DNA of 64,000 nucleotides from the human T2T-CHM13v2.0 reference genome, Homo sapiens. Positions 28,339 to 41,022 of this stretch are shown in pieces. A model generated the notes under the pieces. It saw nothing but the letters and a program-made list of their open reading frames with translations. It made no database searches and had not been told where the DNA came from. The position numbers were made by a program, and so were the translations under genes. Location of the stretch: assembly GCF_009914755.1 (NCBI RefSeq), contig NC_060926.1; one strand, given 5' to 3'. How positions within the stretch are numbered: position 1 is the first letter of the stretch; the number at the start of each line of letters is the position of its first letter.

Positions 28339-28874
28339 CTATTGTGATGTTTGTGGAAGTGAAGACGTCTTAGCACGTACTGTTAGCTAGAGCACTTTGG
28401 AGGAGAAGAGTAGACACATTGCTACTGAAAGCTTCATGCTGCCAGCCTTACATGAGAACCTTGGGCTGTCCTTGCATGCAGGTGGGAGAGAGGGCTGTCT
28501 CATAAGCAGGACTTCAAGGAGTCGTAGAGACAAGACTGGTCTCCATCTGTTTCAAAGTTTCTTTCATGCATCTTCCTTCCAGATATGCTCTAGTTAAAAT
28601 ATAAATGTATCACAGGAGAGAGACACATTAATTTCTCTCCATAAAATCCGAGTACGTGTTTATGATATACTATCCAAGTGCAAAGTCTAGAAGCAATATA
28701 ATTCCCTCCTAGGATGGGTGGTGTAAGGGCTTTATCATTGTTACTACCTTTGAATTGATTATTTATTTCTATTTAAAGTAACAAGTTACTCTTGGCAGCC
28801 CAAATACTCAGCAGTGAACTGGAATTGGAGAATGGGGGTGAGAGTCAAGAGCAGAACCCCTATAAATGCAGGCA

Positions 28875-29020
28875 TTGATGTGAGTAAAACTAAAATTAGC
28901 AGAATGTTAATAATTGTTGAGGTTGAGTCACAGGTACATGGGGACACATTGTTATTCTCTCTATTTTGTTTATGTATATTTGACATGTTCTATAGAAAAA
29001 AATTTAAAAAGAAAAAATAA
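28875..29020 (+). mobile_element. L1MC4/5-like 3'-end fragment
   Basis: gcagaatgttaataattgttgaggttgag...gtacatgggg...attctctctattttgtttatgtatatttgac followed by an A-rich tail. Confidence 0.6.
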
Positions 29021-29123
29021 GTGATTTTGTATTCCAATGTATTGTCAGGAGATTATTAGATGTTATAATAATTTTCAAAAGAAGGTAAAATCATGACTCA
29101 TATGGATATAAAAATGAACACCT

Positions 29124-29601
29124 TGTTATGGATTGAACTGTGTGCCCCTAAAAGATATGTTGAAGCCTGAACTCCCAGTACCTGAGAATGTGACCATGTT
29201 TGGAAATAGTGTCTTTGCAGGTTTAATCAAGTTAAGATGAGGTCATTAGATGGGACCTAATTTAATATGGCTGATGCCCTTATAAGAAGAGGGAATTTTG
29301 GACACAGACATACAAGGAGGACGCCATGTGAAGACACAGTTGGAAAAGCAGGGAAGAGATGGCCTTGTGTATAAGGAGGCAGAGACTGGAGTTATGCTGC
29401 CACAAGCCAAGGAACAACTGGGGCTACCTGAGCTGGAAGAGGCGAGGAAGGATTCTCCCCTAGAGGGTTCTGAGGGAGCGTGGACCTGCCAACAACTTGG
29501 TTTCAGATTTCTAGTCTCCAGAACTATGCAGTAATAAATTTCTGTTGTTTTAAGCCACCCAGTTTGTGGCACTTTGTTACGTCAGCCCTGTGAAACAAAC
29601 A
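29124..29601 (+). mobile_element. MLT1C-like MaLR solo LTR
   Basis: tgttatggattgaactgtgtgcccctaaaagatatgttgaag...aataaatttctgttgttttaagccacccagtttgtggcactttgttac. Confidence 0.88.
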
Positions 29602-32367
29602 AACAAACAAACAAAAAACAAGTTAAATATTTTATTTAACTCATAATATGGAAATAGGTGAGGTGTTACAACCAATTCAAAAAAGAAGTGAAAAATAAGC
29701 CCAAATGTATATAGAGTAAAGGAATGTTGAAATGAATGTGCAAATGGAAGCAAAACTAGATTCTCCTACAATGGGACAGAAAAGTCAATTGAACCTCTAC
29801 TGGACAGAACATAATTTGCATGTGTATAGAAAAAAATTGTGCATTGTTCTCAGTTCACCTACAATTTACAGAGTCGCAAAATAGCTCCTGTTGCATCAGA
29901 ATCAGATAACCTTGACAGGTGTTCTTTAAACTACGGGTTGTTTTCTACTGAACTACATAATTTTCTCTATATGACTAAGCAAAACAATTTTAAAGCCTTC
30001 AATACAAATGCTCATTATAGAAAAAGAAGAAGAAATGAAAAAGAATGAAAAATTAGATTTAAGACAGACTATATGTACTGAATTGTGATAGTTGAGAAAG
30101 TTAATCAACTCTGTGACCCCTGTTCCTCATTAGTAATATGGGAATAATACTATTAGTGCCTGTCTATTAGGTCATGGTGAGGGTTAAATGAGATAATGCA
30201 CTCAGAGTACGTGACAATGACTGGCTCAAGGTGTTCAATAAATAATTGCCATTATTGCTATTATTATTTTACAGATTGTTGGGAAAATTAACCCAGAGAA
30301 TCAATAGAAGTGTTGTATATTATCAAGTATTCTTCAACTCTAGCTTCACCCAACAATCATTACTAACTTGAATACAGGACTTGTTTTAAGATGAGAGTAG
30401 GCTGAAAAGGTTGCAAGCTAGAGTAGGATAGTGTCTGAGAAACACAGAGCAAGAAGGAGGCCTAAGAATGAAGGGAGCAAATAAGAGTAAGAAGAGGGGC
30501 ATGGAGGGAGGAGGCAGGGATGAGACAAATGGAACCAAGGCCAATTGATGGTTGCTGTGCAACTACGCTAAGTGCTGACCCTCCCCCAAACCCTTTGGTT
30601 GGTAAATGATCACCATAATGGATATGCAACCCGCTAATGACCCAGCTTGTAAACCTTCCAGGGGGGTTTGCAGAAAACCCGTTAATAAACTTCAACTTCA
30701 TCCATGTGACCCTGAGACCCCACTTCTGAGGGCAGACAGAAGAGGAAGTGGGTATTATTCAGATGCACAGGGCAAATGGAATTAAGGCACACTGATGACT
30801 GGGTGCCTGCGCCATGCCATTCATGAGGCCAGCTTTGTCTCTTCAGCATCTCACTCAAAAGAGCACTTCTGCCAAAAAGCCACCACCCCTGTTCTGCCTT
30901 TCCGGTTGTGCTTCAAAGCCGTTATTGTGTCACTTGCTCTGGGCTTGAAATTGTTCCTTAGATTTCTTCCCCGAAAGAGTTTACAGACATTGTACAAAGA
31001 AATTAATTAAGTAGATTTTCCATTTGCACAATTTTAATGAATAAATGATGTTCCTATTTGTTTATCTGCTTTCTAATTATAACACAATTCAAAACATCTT
31101 GGTTTTCTGCATTCCGACAATGTTATTGTTATGGTGGTGTTATTGCTGTTCTCTCAGTGCAGGTAATATTATTTTTTTTAGATAGATGCCAGGTGCAGTA
31201 TTCCATATTTATTAAAATGTGATCTGCATATTTTTCTCTTTTCATGTACTGCTTATCTGTACAAGAGCAGAAAGTTAAATATAATGCTCTGCATTAAAGA
31301 GCCTGAAAAGAGTTTCACAGACAGTCTGAGGATTTGTGGTCTGGTGTGGGGATTAGGCTTGGGTGATGCAGTTCAGGGCCAACAGAGAGAGACTTGGGCT
31401 AGGGGCCAACCAGCAGGACCTAACTTTACTGCTCCTAGCAGCCAACAGGCCATGAACTCTGGCAGGAAGGCCTGACAAATGGAGTTTTCCCAAGGAGACA
31501 GATGTCAGCGGCTCAAAAGCCAGCAGGCCTGAAACTCATGGGGAGCAATCTAGAGACAAAGGAAGGAGGGCTCTGGACAGGAGATACAGCCTCTTCCTTC
31601 TTTGTCGTAGAGTTTTGAGGTGGGTAGACCAGAAATCATAAGTGTTTGTTACAGACAGAATTCAGAGGTCTGTAGAGGAATCCTGCCTTACTGAGGTTGG
31701 GCAGATGTCCCACGTCTCTTTTCTGCCCTCTCAGGGTGCAGGGAAGCATCATTGTACACTTTTGCCCTTGACTGGAGGAGAGTTGTCTGTAAATCTGTCC
31801 TGACCTCAGATAGGCACTTGAGAACCATCCAGTTTAATGACTGATTGTGGGCCCCCTATGATGTGTCATTCACAGAGCTAAGTGCTGGGAAGACAGTCCT
31901 GTTCTTCAGGAATTTACAGTCTAGACTCCAGAAACTGCATTGGGAGACCTCTGTAAATATGAGTTGCTTGGCTCCCTGAAAGAGTTATATCCTTGGCCTG
32001 CCTTGAGGTCAAATGCTGTGGATACTGCTCACAGTGGCTTGAAATTGCACTCCTTTTCTCCTTGTGCACTCCTTATAACCCCAGGGGTAGGAGGATGGTG
32101 GTATAAAACATACTCACTGTCCATGCTTGCTAACCCATGGTAAAAGGCAGTGTGGTATAGAGGAAGGAGGATTTTGAAGTAGAGCGATCTGGAATCCCAA
32201 ATATTTCCTGCCTTAGTGTGAGATACTAAGTAGGTAAACTTAATCTCCTGGGCTTATGTATCCTACTGTGCACAATGACAACGTGATTCTTGGTTTTTGT
32301 ATAGTAGTTGCAGCATTTAGATGAGGTAATAGTTGTGAAGTTCCTGAGAAGTGCCTGGACGTTAATA

Positions 32368-32408
32368 AATGACTGTTCTTGATGCATAATGACTGTTCTT
32401 GATGCATA
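32368..32408. repeat. Perfect 20-bp tandem duplication
   Basis: aatgactgttcttgatgcat twice (32368-32387 and 32388-32407). Confidence 0.95.
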
Positions 32409-35400
32409 GGCCTGCGGAGGAGGCAAGAGCATTGTATCATTGTCCAGGATCTGGGAAACTTTGCCAAAACCTGGCTCTGTGACTTGGTCAAAGTACTCAA
32501 CCTCTCAGCCTTAGCATCTGATTTGTAAAATGAGGATTTGGATTAGAAGACCTTTGGCAGGAAGGTCTTGTGATTTATTGATTGCTATAGTCAACCATTG
32601 CCAATGCTAAGTTTGTTGGCTTTCTTCTATGAATAGTCAATGTACCCTGCTTGGACTCTTCCTTCTTGTGGTTTCCAAAACTTGACCTCTTTCTTATGCA
32701 GTTTCCTCCCAGTGAGCACCCTAGTCATCCTTTATCCTCACAACTATAGTTCTTTTGTGTTGCGTTCTGAGCTTGTGCCTTACTTCTCAGGGATTTTGCT
32801 ACTGTGGACACTTTCATCTTTTGTATGTTATTTCCTGTTCCTTTCTTTGGTGACTTTCTTTTTGTCTGTACTCTTTGGCCTCTTGCAAAAAGCAGGGCCA
32901 TTGATCTTTATACCCTTCTTATTTTATTTTCGCTGAGTCTGTTGATTAAATTGTACATTGGCCACATACTATGTTTATTAATGAAGCCACCATTTAAGAG
33001 GTAATAAAGTCTAGTGTAATTGGCTTTATTGCCTCTGCCCAACCTCTTTACTGGACAGAAGGTCAGTCAAATGGATAGACACATGTTTATCTCTTTACAA
33101 TAGCAGCACACAACTGCTGCTGCATGAAGGTGGCCTCTTCATTGCCTCCCTCCGTACAACATGTTTATGTTATCTTTATGTGAAAAGATCTTCTTTCCTG
33201 ATCAGCCATCAGTGATGTGCTCCAAGCACAGGAAGTGCCTGTGGTACCCAGGAATTGCAACAGCTGTCAGAAATAAAAGATATGTCTCTTGTTCCTGAGA
33301 AGTTTATAGTTTACTGAGGGAGACCACACAGCACACAGGGAGTTACATATAATCTGGGCTGTTATCTTATAAGGCAGAATACAGATATTTTGAGAAACCT
33401 ACCACAGTCCAAGGTGGTAAAGGAGGGTTTATTTCACTCTACACTGAGCCTAATTGAGGGATAGGAGTTTGGGGCTGCTAGGAAGGAAGTTATAGGCAAT
33501 TGAATTTGGCTCAGTAAAAGGATGAACTATAAAACTGTCAGAGTTGCTCAAAGACATAAGAAGCTGTTTCATGAAGTGGTGAGTTCCCTGTCAAAGGTGG
33601 TAATAAAATACCTGATGGGAACATTTTGATAGGAGATACGAACTAACAGTGAATTAGCAAGGCAATTTAAAAAATCTCCTTGAATTCCTGGGAGTCTGAG
33701 ACTTAAGACTCCCTGGACTAGGGAGGTAATGGGAAAGTTCTTTGAAGAAATGGGACTTTGAGGTCCCGTTAACTAATGAAAGGCTAGTTAAGTGGAAAGC
33801 ACTGGAAAGGTGCTCTCAGGCAATGGGATAGAATAAGTTAGGAGCTTGGACATTGGCTGATACTCAGACGTAGGACCATGCACATAGGAATCCATGGGAT
33901 GGGTTTTAGAACAGCTGGATCTCCTGCCTTTTTTTTTTTTCTAAGTTCCTTAGCCATTCAGATAAACTAGGGCATTTCTATTGGGACTTCTGTGTATTTT
34001 TGGACACTTGATCATTCCATTGTTGGGATTTTAAACAACAAAGTATTGTGAATAGAGTGTCTTGGGCTGCAGTTTCTCAAACTGTTTTGCTGGGGGACAC
34101 ATGCCCCACCCCAGCATGGCTTCATAAGATGGAAGAATTAGCTGTTAGAGCTACAGGTCATTCTGGTGGCATATGGACAAGTTCAAACTCAGTTTTGTGT
34201 CAATTTTACAAAGGAGAAGATTAGGTGTGGAAAATAAAGAAAAATTGATATGGAATTCCACAGAGCATCCTGGAAGTATGACAAACCTTCAATCCTTTGG
34301 ACTCTATTAAATCCATAAATATCTTGTATAGCAGAAGAGGGAATAAACAATCAATTCACCCCAGTGTCAACAGAGTGGTCTTAGAAAAACCTGGATCTGA
34401 TATGGCTCCTTTGCTTAAAATCCTTTAGTGTTGCCTGATCACCTCTAATAAGAACATCAACCTTCTTGGGGTGGAAAAAAAGGCAGTTAATGATTGACAG
34501 CATCAACTTTACAGTCCCATTGTTTGGGGATAAATGTTGATCTTAGGCTAGTTACATAGCCTATCTATGCCTTGGTTTCTCCATCTGCTAAATGGAGAGT
34601 ATTGTAATAGCACCTGCCTCATCAAATTGTTATGATGATTACATGTGTTAATATACATTAAGCATGGAGAATAGTGTCTGGCATGCAAATAATATTAGTA
34701 CTGGGTTTTGTACCCCCTACTCACTGTGAGCTTCTTGAGAACAGGTATCATGTGCTTTTTGTGGGCATCTTCCCAAGTACCCATCACAACACAGGGCTGG
34801 CACATGATATGCATGAAGGTTAAGAACACAGGTTGAGCAGCTGGACTGCCTGAGTTCATATTCTGGTTTCATCCTGGGACCATCTGCATGGTACTAACTC
34901 TCCTCATTCTTGATTTTTCTCATCTGTAAAAATGAGGTGAATAAATGAGACAATACCAGTAAAGCATTTCATTTAGCACAAAGCCTGACACTAAAATTGT
35001 TAGCTAATATTATCCTTAGAGATCAATAAAAATGCTTGCAGAATACATAGTCAACATTCCAATAAAAAATACCAAGATGTGTCCACTTTTTTTGTGCCCC
35101 TCTCCCTTTTTTGCTGTCGTAGTGGCCAATCAATTCCCTGTACCTCAATTTCCATGTTGACTATATGGTGATAATTCTACCAAATGTTTACTTCCCAGAA
35201 GGACCAAGAAGATGGATGTTCATGTTTTTAAAGTTGCTCTAAGCGACCTATGGAAAATTGCAAGTGAAAAGTATTGTTCTCATCATGATTATTAATTGAT
35301 TCTCCAACCACTCATCAGTTGGAATATGACTGATCCACAGACTCTGGAGGAAGATTTATCACTTGCCTCCCCAAACCTATGGATGTGCCTTTCATTAAAT

Positions 35401-35598
35401 GCAATTATCTCCCAGCCAATGCACGCGTCTTGAGTCCACCACCTCTTACTCAATGAAATCATTAAACCTCTTTGCAGCAAGGAGCCGTCAAAAGCCACCT
35501 GATGAAAAATGACCATGGATTGGTATTTGCTTTTAATTATACAATATCTGCTCTTGGAGAGTTTCAAGGATGTTGCTCTGTTGTCTCTGCTCCCTCTG

Positions 35599-37212
35599 TT
35601 TTTTTCTTTTATTCTTAAATATGGTTTAATACTCCTTTCCATTTCTGTACATCACAACACCAAGATTTTACTGCTTAGGATCTGTCTGTAAAGGCAATGG
35701 AGAATGCAAAGGCTACAGTTTTCACCCCCTCTTATGTATGTGTTTGTATGTGTAAGTGTAATACGTATCAGTATATATTGATACACACATCAATACATAA
35801 TACAATATATATTACCAAAGGGAACACACTGATTAAAGAAACACAAAAATTTAGCATCATTTCCAAACTTAAATAGTAAAAATAAAAACTACAAAAGGAG
35901 CTGCACACCCTAAATGTATCATGTGAAACAACAAGCACATTCAAAAATGTAAATTTACATCCAATTTCTCTGGTCTTGTCATATCACATCAGACCCATTT
36001 ACAATGGCAAAACCCTAAGGTACTGCTGTGAAGAAAGCATGTTTGCTTGCTCTTGGGTGTTCTGCAAACAAATAGCAGAGCCCAAAGCAAAAAAAGCCTG
36101 TCCCGGTGAAGTCTCCCACATTGGTGAACACCAAAGAATCAACTCTTCTCACTGGGGGTTGAGACATCAGGTTACACATTGACAGACAGTATTTGGACTT
36201 CAGAGTACAGTGTGAGAACTAGAATCTTTACATTTAAGACATATTTCCTTTATTCAAGTGAAACAGGATTATTGGAACAATAGGCAGGTCTGTAACCTGG
36301 GAACAAGGAGTTGGTTCAGACCAATAAAGCTACGAGTGACTGAATCAAGTCAGCAAAGAACAACAGTCAGGCACGAAAGTGTTAAAAGTACCCAATTTGA
36401 AAACCAAATGCACCCCACTATCCTAGTTAGTGTGGAGGTGATACCAATTGACTTTTAAAACCTTTGGTCCTTCAAAGTCCATTTGGTATACTTTTTATCA
36501 TTGCTACCACTGGCCACATACTATACACTTTGTTCACTGTCACCACCTCGGGCATGCCATGACCTTGCATGTCAGCTGGGTTCAAGTCTGACTTACAGCC
36601 CAGCTGTGAAGCATAAGCTTCAGGGTTTCAGGCCACCTTTTGGATCCAACATGGTCTTAAGTCCATGGTGACAGAAGCTCTGTCCTATCCCTTCCCACCC
36701 ATCCCTCATTTCTCATGTGAGAGGTGCTTGTACGTCCCACATTTGAAACAGATGCTCCAACCCCACCAGGAGGTCAGGAGTTTATAATTACATGCAGTCA
36801 TAAATGTCTGTCATTCCTGTGAAAAACCTTGTAGTTCATTTTAATAAATCAAAACATTCACATAATCTCATGCCATCCAACACAAGGAAAACACATCCAC
36901 CTCCCTTTTAACAGGGATTGACCCAAGCAAAAGAAAATCCTCTTTAAATTTCTTTGCTTCCACTTAAATTGCATGTTTTATTTCTCCCAATCCCAGCAAA
37001 AGCAGAGAAACCCCATCATATCCATCCCAAACTGATTGCGAGTAGATTAAGGTTATAGGGACCCTTGTCAGATGCTTGATACAAAGGGCTCCCAAATCCC
37101 AGGCACAAATGTGTCTGCAAACAGATGGAAGTTAACAGTGCACCAGCCCAAATGCTTCATGATTCAGTTTGATTTTGCAATGCAGTTTGCATCCTTGAAA
37201 CTGCCAGTCTGG
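35599..37212 (-). pseudogene. 5'-truncated processed pseudogene made only of distal 3' UTR; parent recognised as ETF1 (eRF1)
   Basis: Decayed poly(A) (T-run 35599-35610); ATTAAA signal (tttaat 35625-35630); imperfect TSD gctccctctgttttt (35589-) / gctccctccttttt (37213-) followed by aaaa, an L1 endonuclease TTTT/AA site. The reverse complement (ccagactggcagtttcaaggatgcaaa...gatgtacagaaatggaaaggagtattaaaccatatttaagaa) matches my recollection of the ETF1 mRNA 3' UTR. Confidence 0.82.
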
Positions 37213-37835
37213 GCTCCCTCCTTTTTAAAAATGTATTTATTTATTTATTTATTTTACTCAGCCCTCCCTTGTTACTGTTTTAGAATGTAGAATACCAGTG
37301 TATGTGCTTCTTCTTAGGACCGCTCCATAGGCAGGAGCCTGCCTCAGGAAGGATGGACATATTTGAGAAGGGTGATGAGTCACTCAGGGATGGCTGTCTA
37401 GAGCTCTCCCTTTCTGACATCCTCACCAAGAAAGAAAGCCCTCAAATAAATATTAGTCTTTGTCTCGCGGAGGCCACAATTCAACATGTAACACAGTTTC
37501 CTTGAAGGAATTTTTTGAGCCCTCTTATATTAGCTATAAACAGACTTACCAAGCAGAGGATGAGGTTTAACAGCAGTAAGGTTCAAAGGAGGGTGGAAGG
37601 CTGAGATAATCCACAAACTGGGGAAAACTTGGGGCATATTGTGAGGGAGGGAGAAACATTAAAGGGAGAAAGAAAACCACCAAAGATAAATATCCACCCC
37701 CTCCAACCCTGTGAGCTCTGCCTCTTGCCGGCCTCATCTTACAGAAAGAGCAAGCCCAAGTGAGGTGACTGTAGGTTTGGGGCAGACAACATAAACCACC
37801 ATGAAGGGCAATTTCTGTAGGCTGAGTTCCACCAG

Positions 37836-38614
37836 TGAGATGGAGCAGGGATCACTCTTAGGGGTCTGCAAGGCCCAAAGCATGGAAATAAAGGAAAATC
37901 TTGAGTTATTTCATGGGAAATTTCAGGCATCTAGCTAGCCCTGAGAAGTAAGTGAGCAACTTGTCAAGCAAGAAGGTAATAGTAGCTTAAAACAGTATCC
38001 CAGAAAGAATCATGGGATGTTTGGTTCCCTACAGGAACTAAAGATAGCATTTTTTTTTTTTTTTTGAGACAGGGTCTCACTCTAAAGATAACGTCTTAAC
38101 ATATGTCCCTGAGTTGTTTTTCAGAAATCCAGATCCCCACCAAATGGATCCGCTGGCACATAGACCTCAGATAAAGAGGAACTGAGGACTGAATTCTGAC
38201 TGCTGTTCTTTGTTCTGAATTTCTTCCTGAGGGGCCTGGAGGTCAGATGTAATATTCTGCTGATCCCAAGCTTTTAGAGAAAGCTTCGCCTCCTAAACCA
38301 ATTGCAAATTAGAAAAATTTTGGATGCACCTATGTCTTATGAGCCCCTGCCTCAAGATGTCCCACTTTTTTAGGTCAAACCAATGCCTATCCTTCATGTA
38401 TTTGACTTATGACTTTGCCTGTAATGTCTGCCTCCCCACCTTTAAAAACCCTTACCTGTAAGTCATTGGGAAGTTGGAGTCTTCAGCGTTAGCTGCTCAC
38501 CTCTTCTTACTTGGTGCCTTGCCATAAATGCCTCACTTTCTCTCACTGCAGTCCCTATGTCAGTGTTTGGCTTTGCCGCACTGAGTGAGCAGACCCCAGC
38601 TTGGTTTGATAACA
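37836..38614 (+). mobile_element. MER39-like ERV1 solo LTR
   Basis: tgagatggagcaggga...gcatggaaataaaggaaaatcttgagtt...gcagaccccagcttggtttgataaca; perfect 4-bp TSD ccag (37832-37835 / 38615-38618). Confidence 0.85.
38050..38082 (-). mobile_element. Ultra-short 5'-truncated Alu (17-nt body plus A-tail) inside the MER39 LTR
   Basis: T16 + gagacagggtctcactc, flanked by taaagatagcat (38039-) and taaagataacgt (38083-). Confidence 0.85.
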
Positions 38615-38842
38615 CCAGCAAGAGAGTATTTGAGGATGTCTTGGAAGCCCTAAAATGAGGAGCAACAAGAACTGTTAACAGATGAAAAAAGCAGAAAATG
38701 GAGTGAAGGAAAGAAGACGTAATGAAGCTGGCTATCTGGAGATGGAACATTCAGTTTCTCAGTTGCAAGTCTCTGAAATACCCTGTGTGTAGCTGAGATA
38801 TTTTCCCAAAGTTCCACAATGCATATGAGCAATGAGGCCATA

Positions 38843-39045
38843 CAAGCTTGTCCAACCCACCTTATTTTGTTGTTGTTCTGCTTTGTTTTGTTTGTTTTAG
38901 GCTTCCAGCAGCCCAAAGCCATGGTTTTTAGTTTCTGTCTCTAGTGATTAAGTGGAAATGAGAGATGCGAAAGGGGCTTTACTGGCCTAACCAGAAACAG
39001 AAACTAAGGACCCATGACTGTATTCTCTCCCTTGGACAACCTTGT
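38843..39045 (-). mobile_element. MER107-like hAT MITE
   Basis: Terminal inverted repeats caagcttgtccaa...ttggacaaccttg; internal gccatggtttttagtttctgtctctagtga...ccagaaacagaaactaag. Confidence 0.75.
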
Positions 39046-39294
39046 ATGGAGTAACAAAGGGCCATTGGATCATTCCTCAGGTGCCCCATCAAGATTAACT
39101 ACCGTTGACAATGCCTCATAATGATAAGTGGAAAAGAGAGATGAAAAGGGGCTTTACTGGCCTAACCAGAAACAGAAACTAAGGACCCATGACTGTATTC
39201 TCTCTCTTGGACAACCTTGTATGGAGTAAGGAAGGGCCACGGGATCATCCCTTGTGTGCCCCATTAAGATTAACTACCACTGACAATGCCTTAT
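38945..39294. repeat. ~176-bp tandem duplication (~90% identical copies) covering half of the MITE plus unique flank
   Basis: taagtggaaa...gacaatgcct starts at 38949 and again at 39125. Confidence 0.93.
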
Positions 39295-39504
39295 TCTCCA
39301 GCAGCTCAGGTCTTTGATGCTAGGTGCCAGTGCTGAATGGATGTGAAAGTTCTCTGTGCACTTTGACTTACGGCCCAAGTGTCCTTCCTCCAACAGCCTT
39401 CCTCAGAACTTTACGCTGATATTTAGTCACAAGCAAGTGAACATTCCTGAAGGACATCAGAATGACTTCTATGTATTTTTTTGTGTTATATTATTTGGGA
39501 CTGT

Positions 39505-39793
39505 CAAATCATAATTGAATATATTTATGGAGTATAAGTAATGTTTTGATACATTCATACATTGTGGGATGATCAAATCGAGCTAGTCAATGTATCTGTC
39601 ACCTCAAATATTCGTCAAATTTTTTGTGAGAACACTTAAAATCCTCTCTTTTAGCTATTTTGAAACAGGCAGTACATTATTACTTATTGTAATCACCATG
39701 CTGTGCAGTAGACCACCAGAAGTCATTCGTCCTAACTGAAACTTCACACTCTTTCACCAAAGTCTCCCCTTTACCCACCCATGGACCCTCCCC
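39505..39793 (-). mobile_element. L1MA 3'-UTR fragment
   Basis: atgttttgatacattcatacattgtgggatgatcaaatc...gagaacacttaaaatcctctcttttagctattttgaaa...caccatgctgtgcagtagaccaccagaa. Confidence 0.8.
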
Positions 39794-41022
39794 AAGAATG
39801 AACAATTTGGAGTAGAAGATAGATTTCACGATATTACGTAAAATACATTCCTACATTCTCCTTTCAAAAAGAAGCAAGAAATAAAAAAATCAAAAACATC
39901 AAAGCTAAAGCAGCCCTAAGTGTAACTTGAAACTGCCTGAAGGAGGGCAGGGGAGGGATCACATAATTGCAGTGAGAAGTTCTGTTTTGCCAAACACTTG
40001 AGTGGAAAAATTATTGTTCCAAAGACCCAGTAAGTGTGACAACTTACTTGTCAAAACATTAATTCACATTTTGCTTTGATGGAGAGAATTTAGATTTTAA
40101 AATATATCTGCAGGGGTACTTAAAGCAGTCACATCTCATGTTTAGTATAGTTGTCATTAACAATTTCAAAGTTTTGGGGGCTAGAGGTCTTTCCCCCAAT
40201 TAATGAGACTAAGTCCAAAAGGCTTCTGACCCTCTATGTTCTTTATATTTGATGATGCTGCCTTGTTAGGTTTTTGTCACTTTTGCCCCGTGCAATCTTT
40301 TAGCTCTAACACAAGTGTTTCTTACTTATAAAAATAGTAGGAAGCTTGAGGTACGTAGACAAAATGTGACAGTAGTGATGTTAGTGCAGCGGGTTACAGT
40401 CCTATCCACATAGAAAATGAAAATTTTACGTCCTAAGCAAGAAGTTGGCAGCATGCAACTGTAAGAGGCACCACAGATTCCCCATAGATGCACCTGGTTA
40501 AAAGACAGCCTCCTCCTTAACAATACCAGAAGAAAGCTATAGAACTTGTGAGTTTATAAAAATTTAAAAAGATTAGTTAAGATCTGAACCCGTAATATGA
40601 AATGAGTTTTATTTAAATTCCTAAAGACAAACAAGTACAAATGTAAGAATACAACAACTTATCAATAAGGCAGTTTCACAGCAGTATATTTCTGAAGCTG
40701 CTCACCAGTCACTTCTTCCTAAGTCATCACTGGAACACTTAGAGGACGGTGTTGAGGGTTTTTCCCTGTCAGAGGCCTGAGCTGTCTCTTACTCTTTGTT
40801 TGTCCTCACTCATTTCAGCTGGTGTCCATTGTTATTTTTCACTTTCGCCCAAGTCACTTCCTATTAATCCAGTTGTATTTGTCTGTCTGTAGTTGATCAA
40901 CAGAGCTGAGATATTTTGCCTTAACCACACAATCTTCATTAACTGCATTAGTGTTGTTCTTCATTTGTTTCTCATTCATTATTTCTCATCCTGAAAATAT
41001 TTATGGAATACTTACTCTATGG

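Noticed and set aside
38945-39294. Direct repeats (also at 3554 and 32368) as CRISPR-like arrays
   Set aside because: Each has only two adjacent copies with no spacers, there are no cas genes, and the context is eukaryotic.
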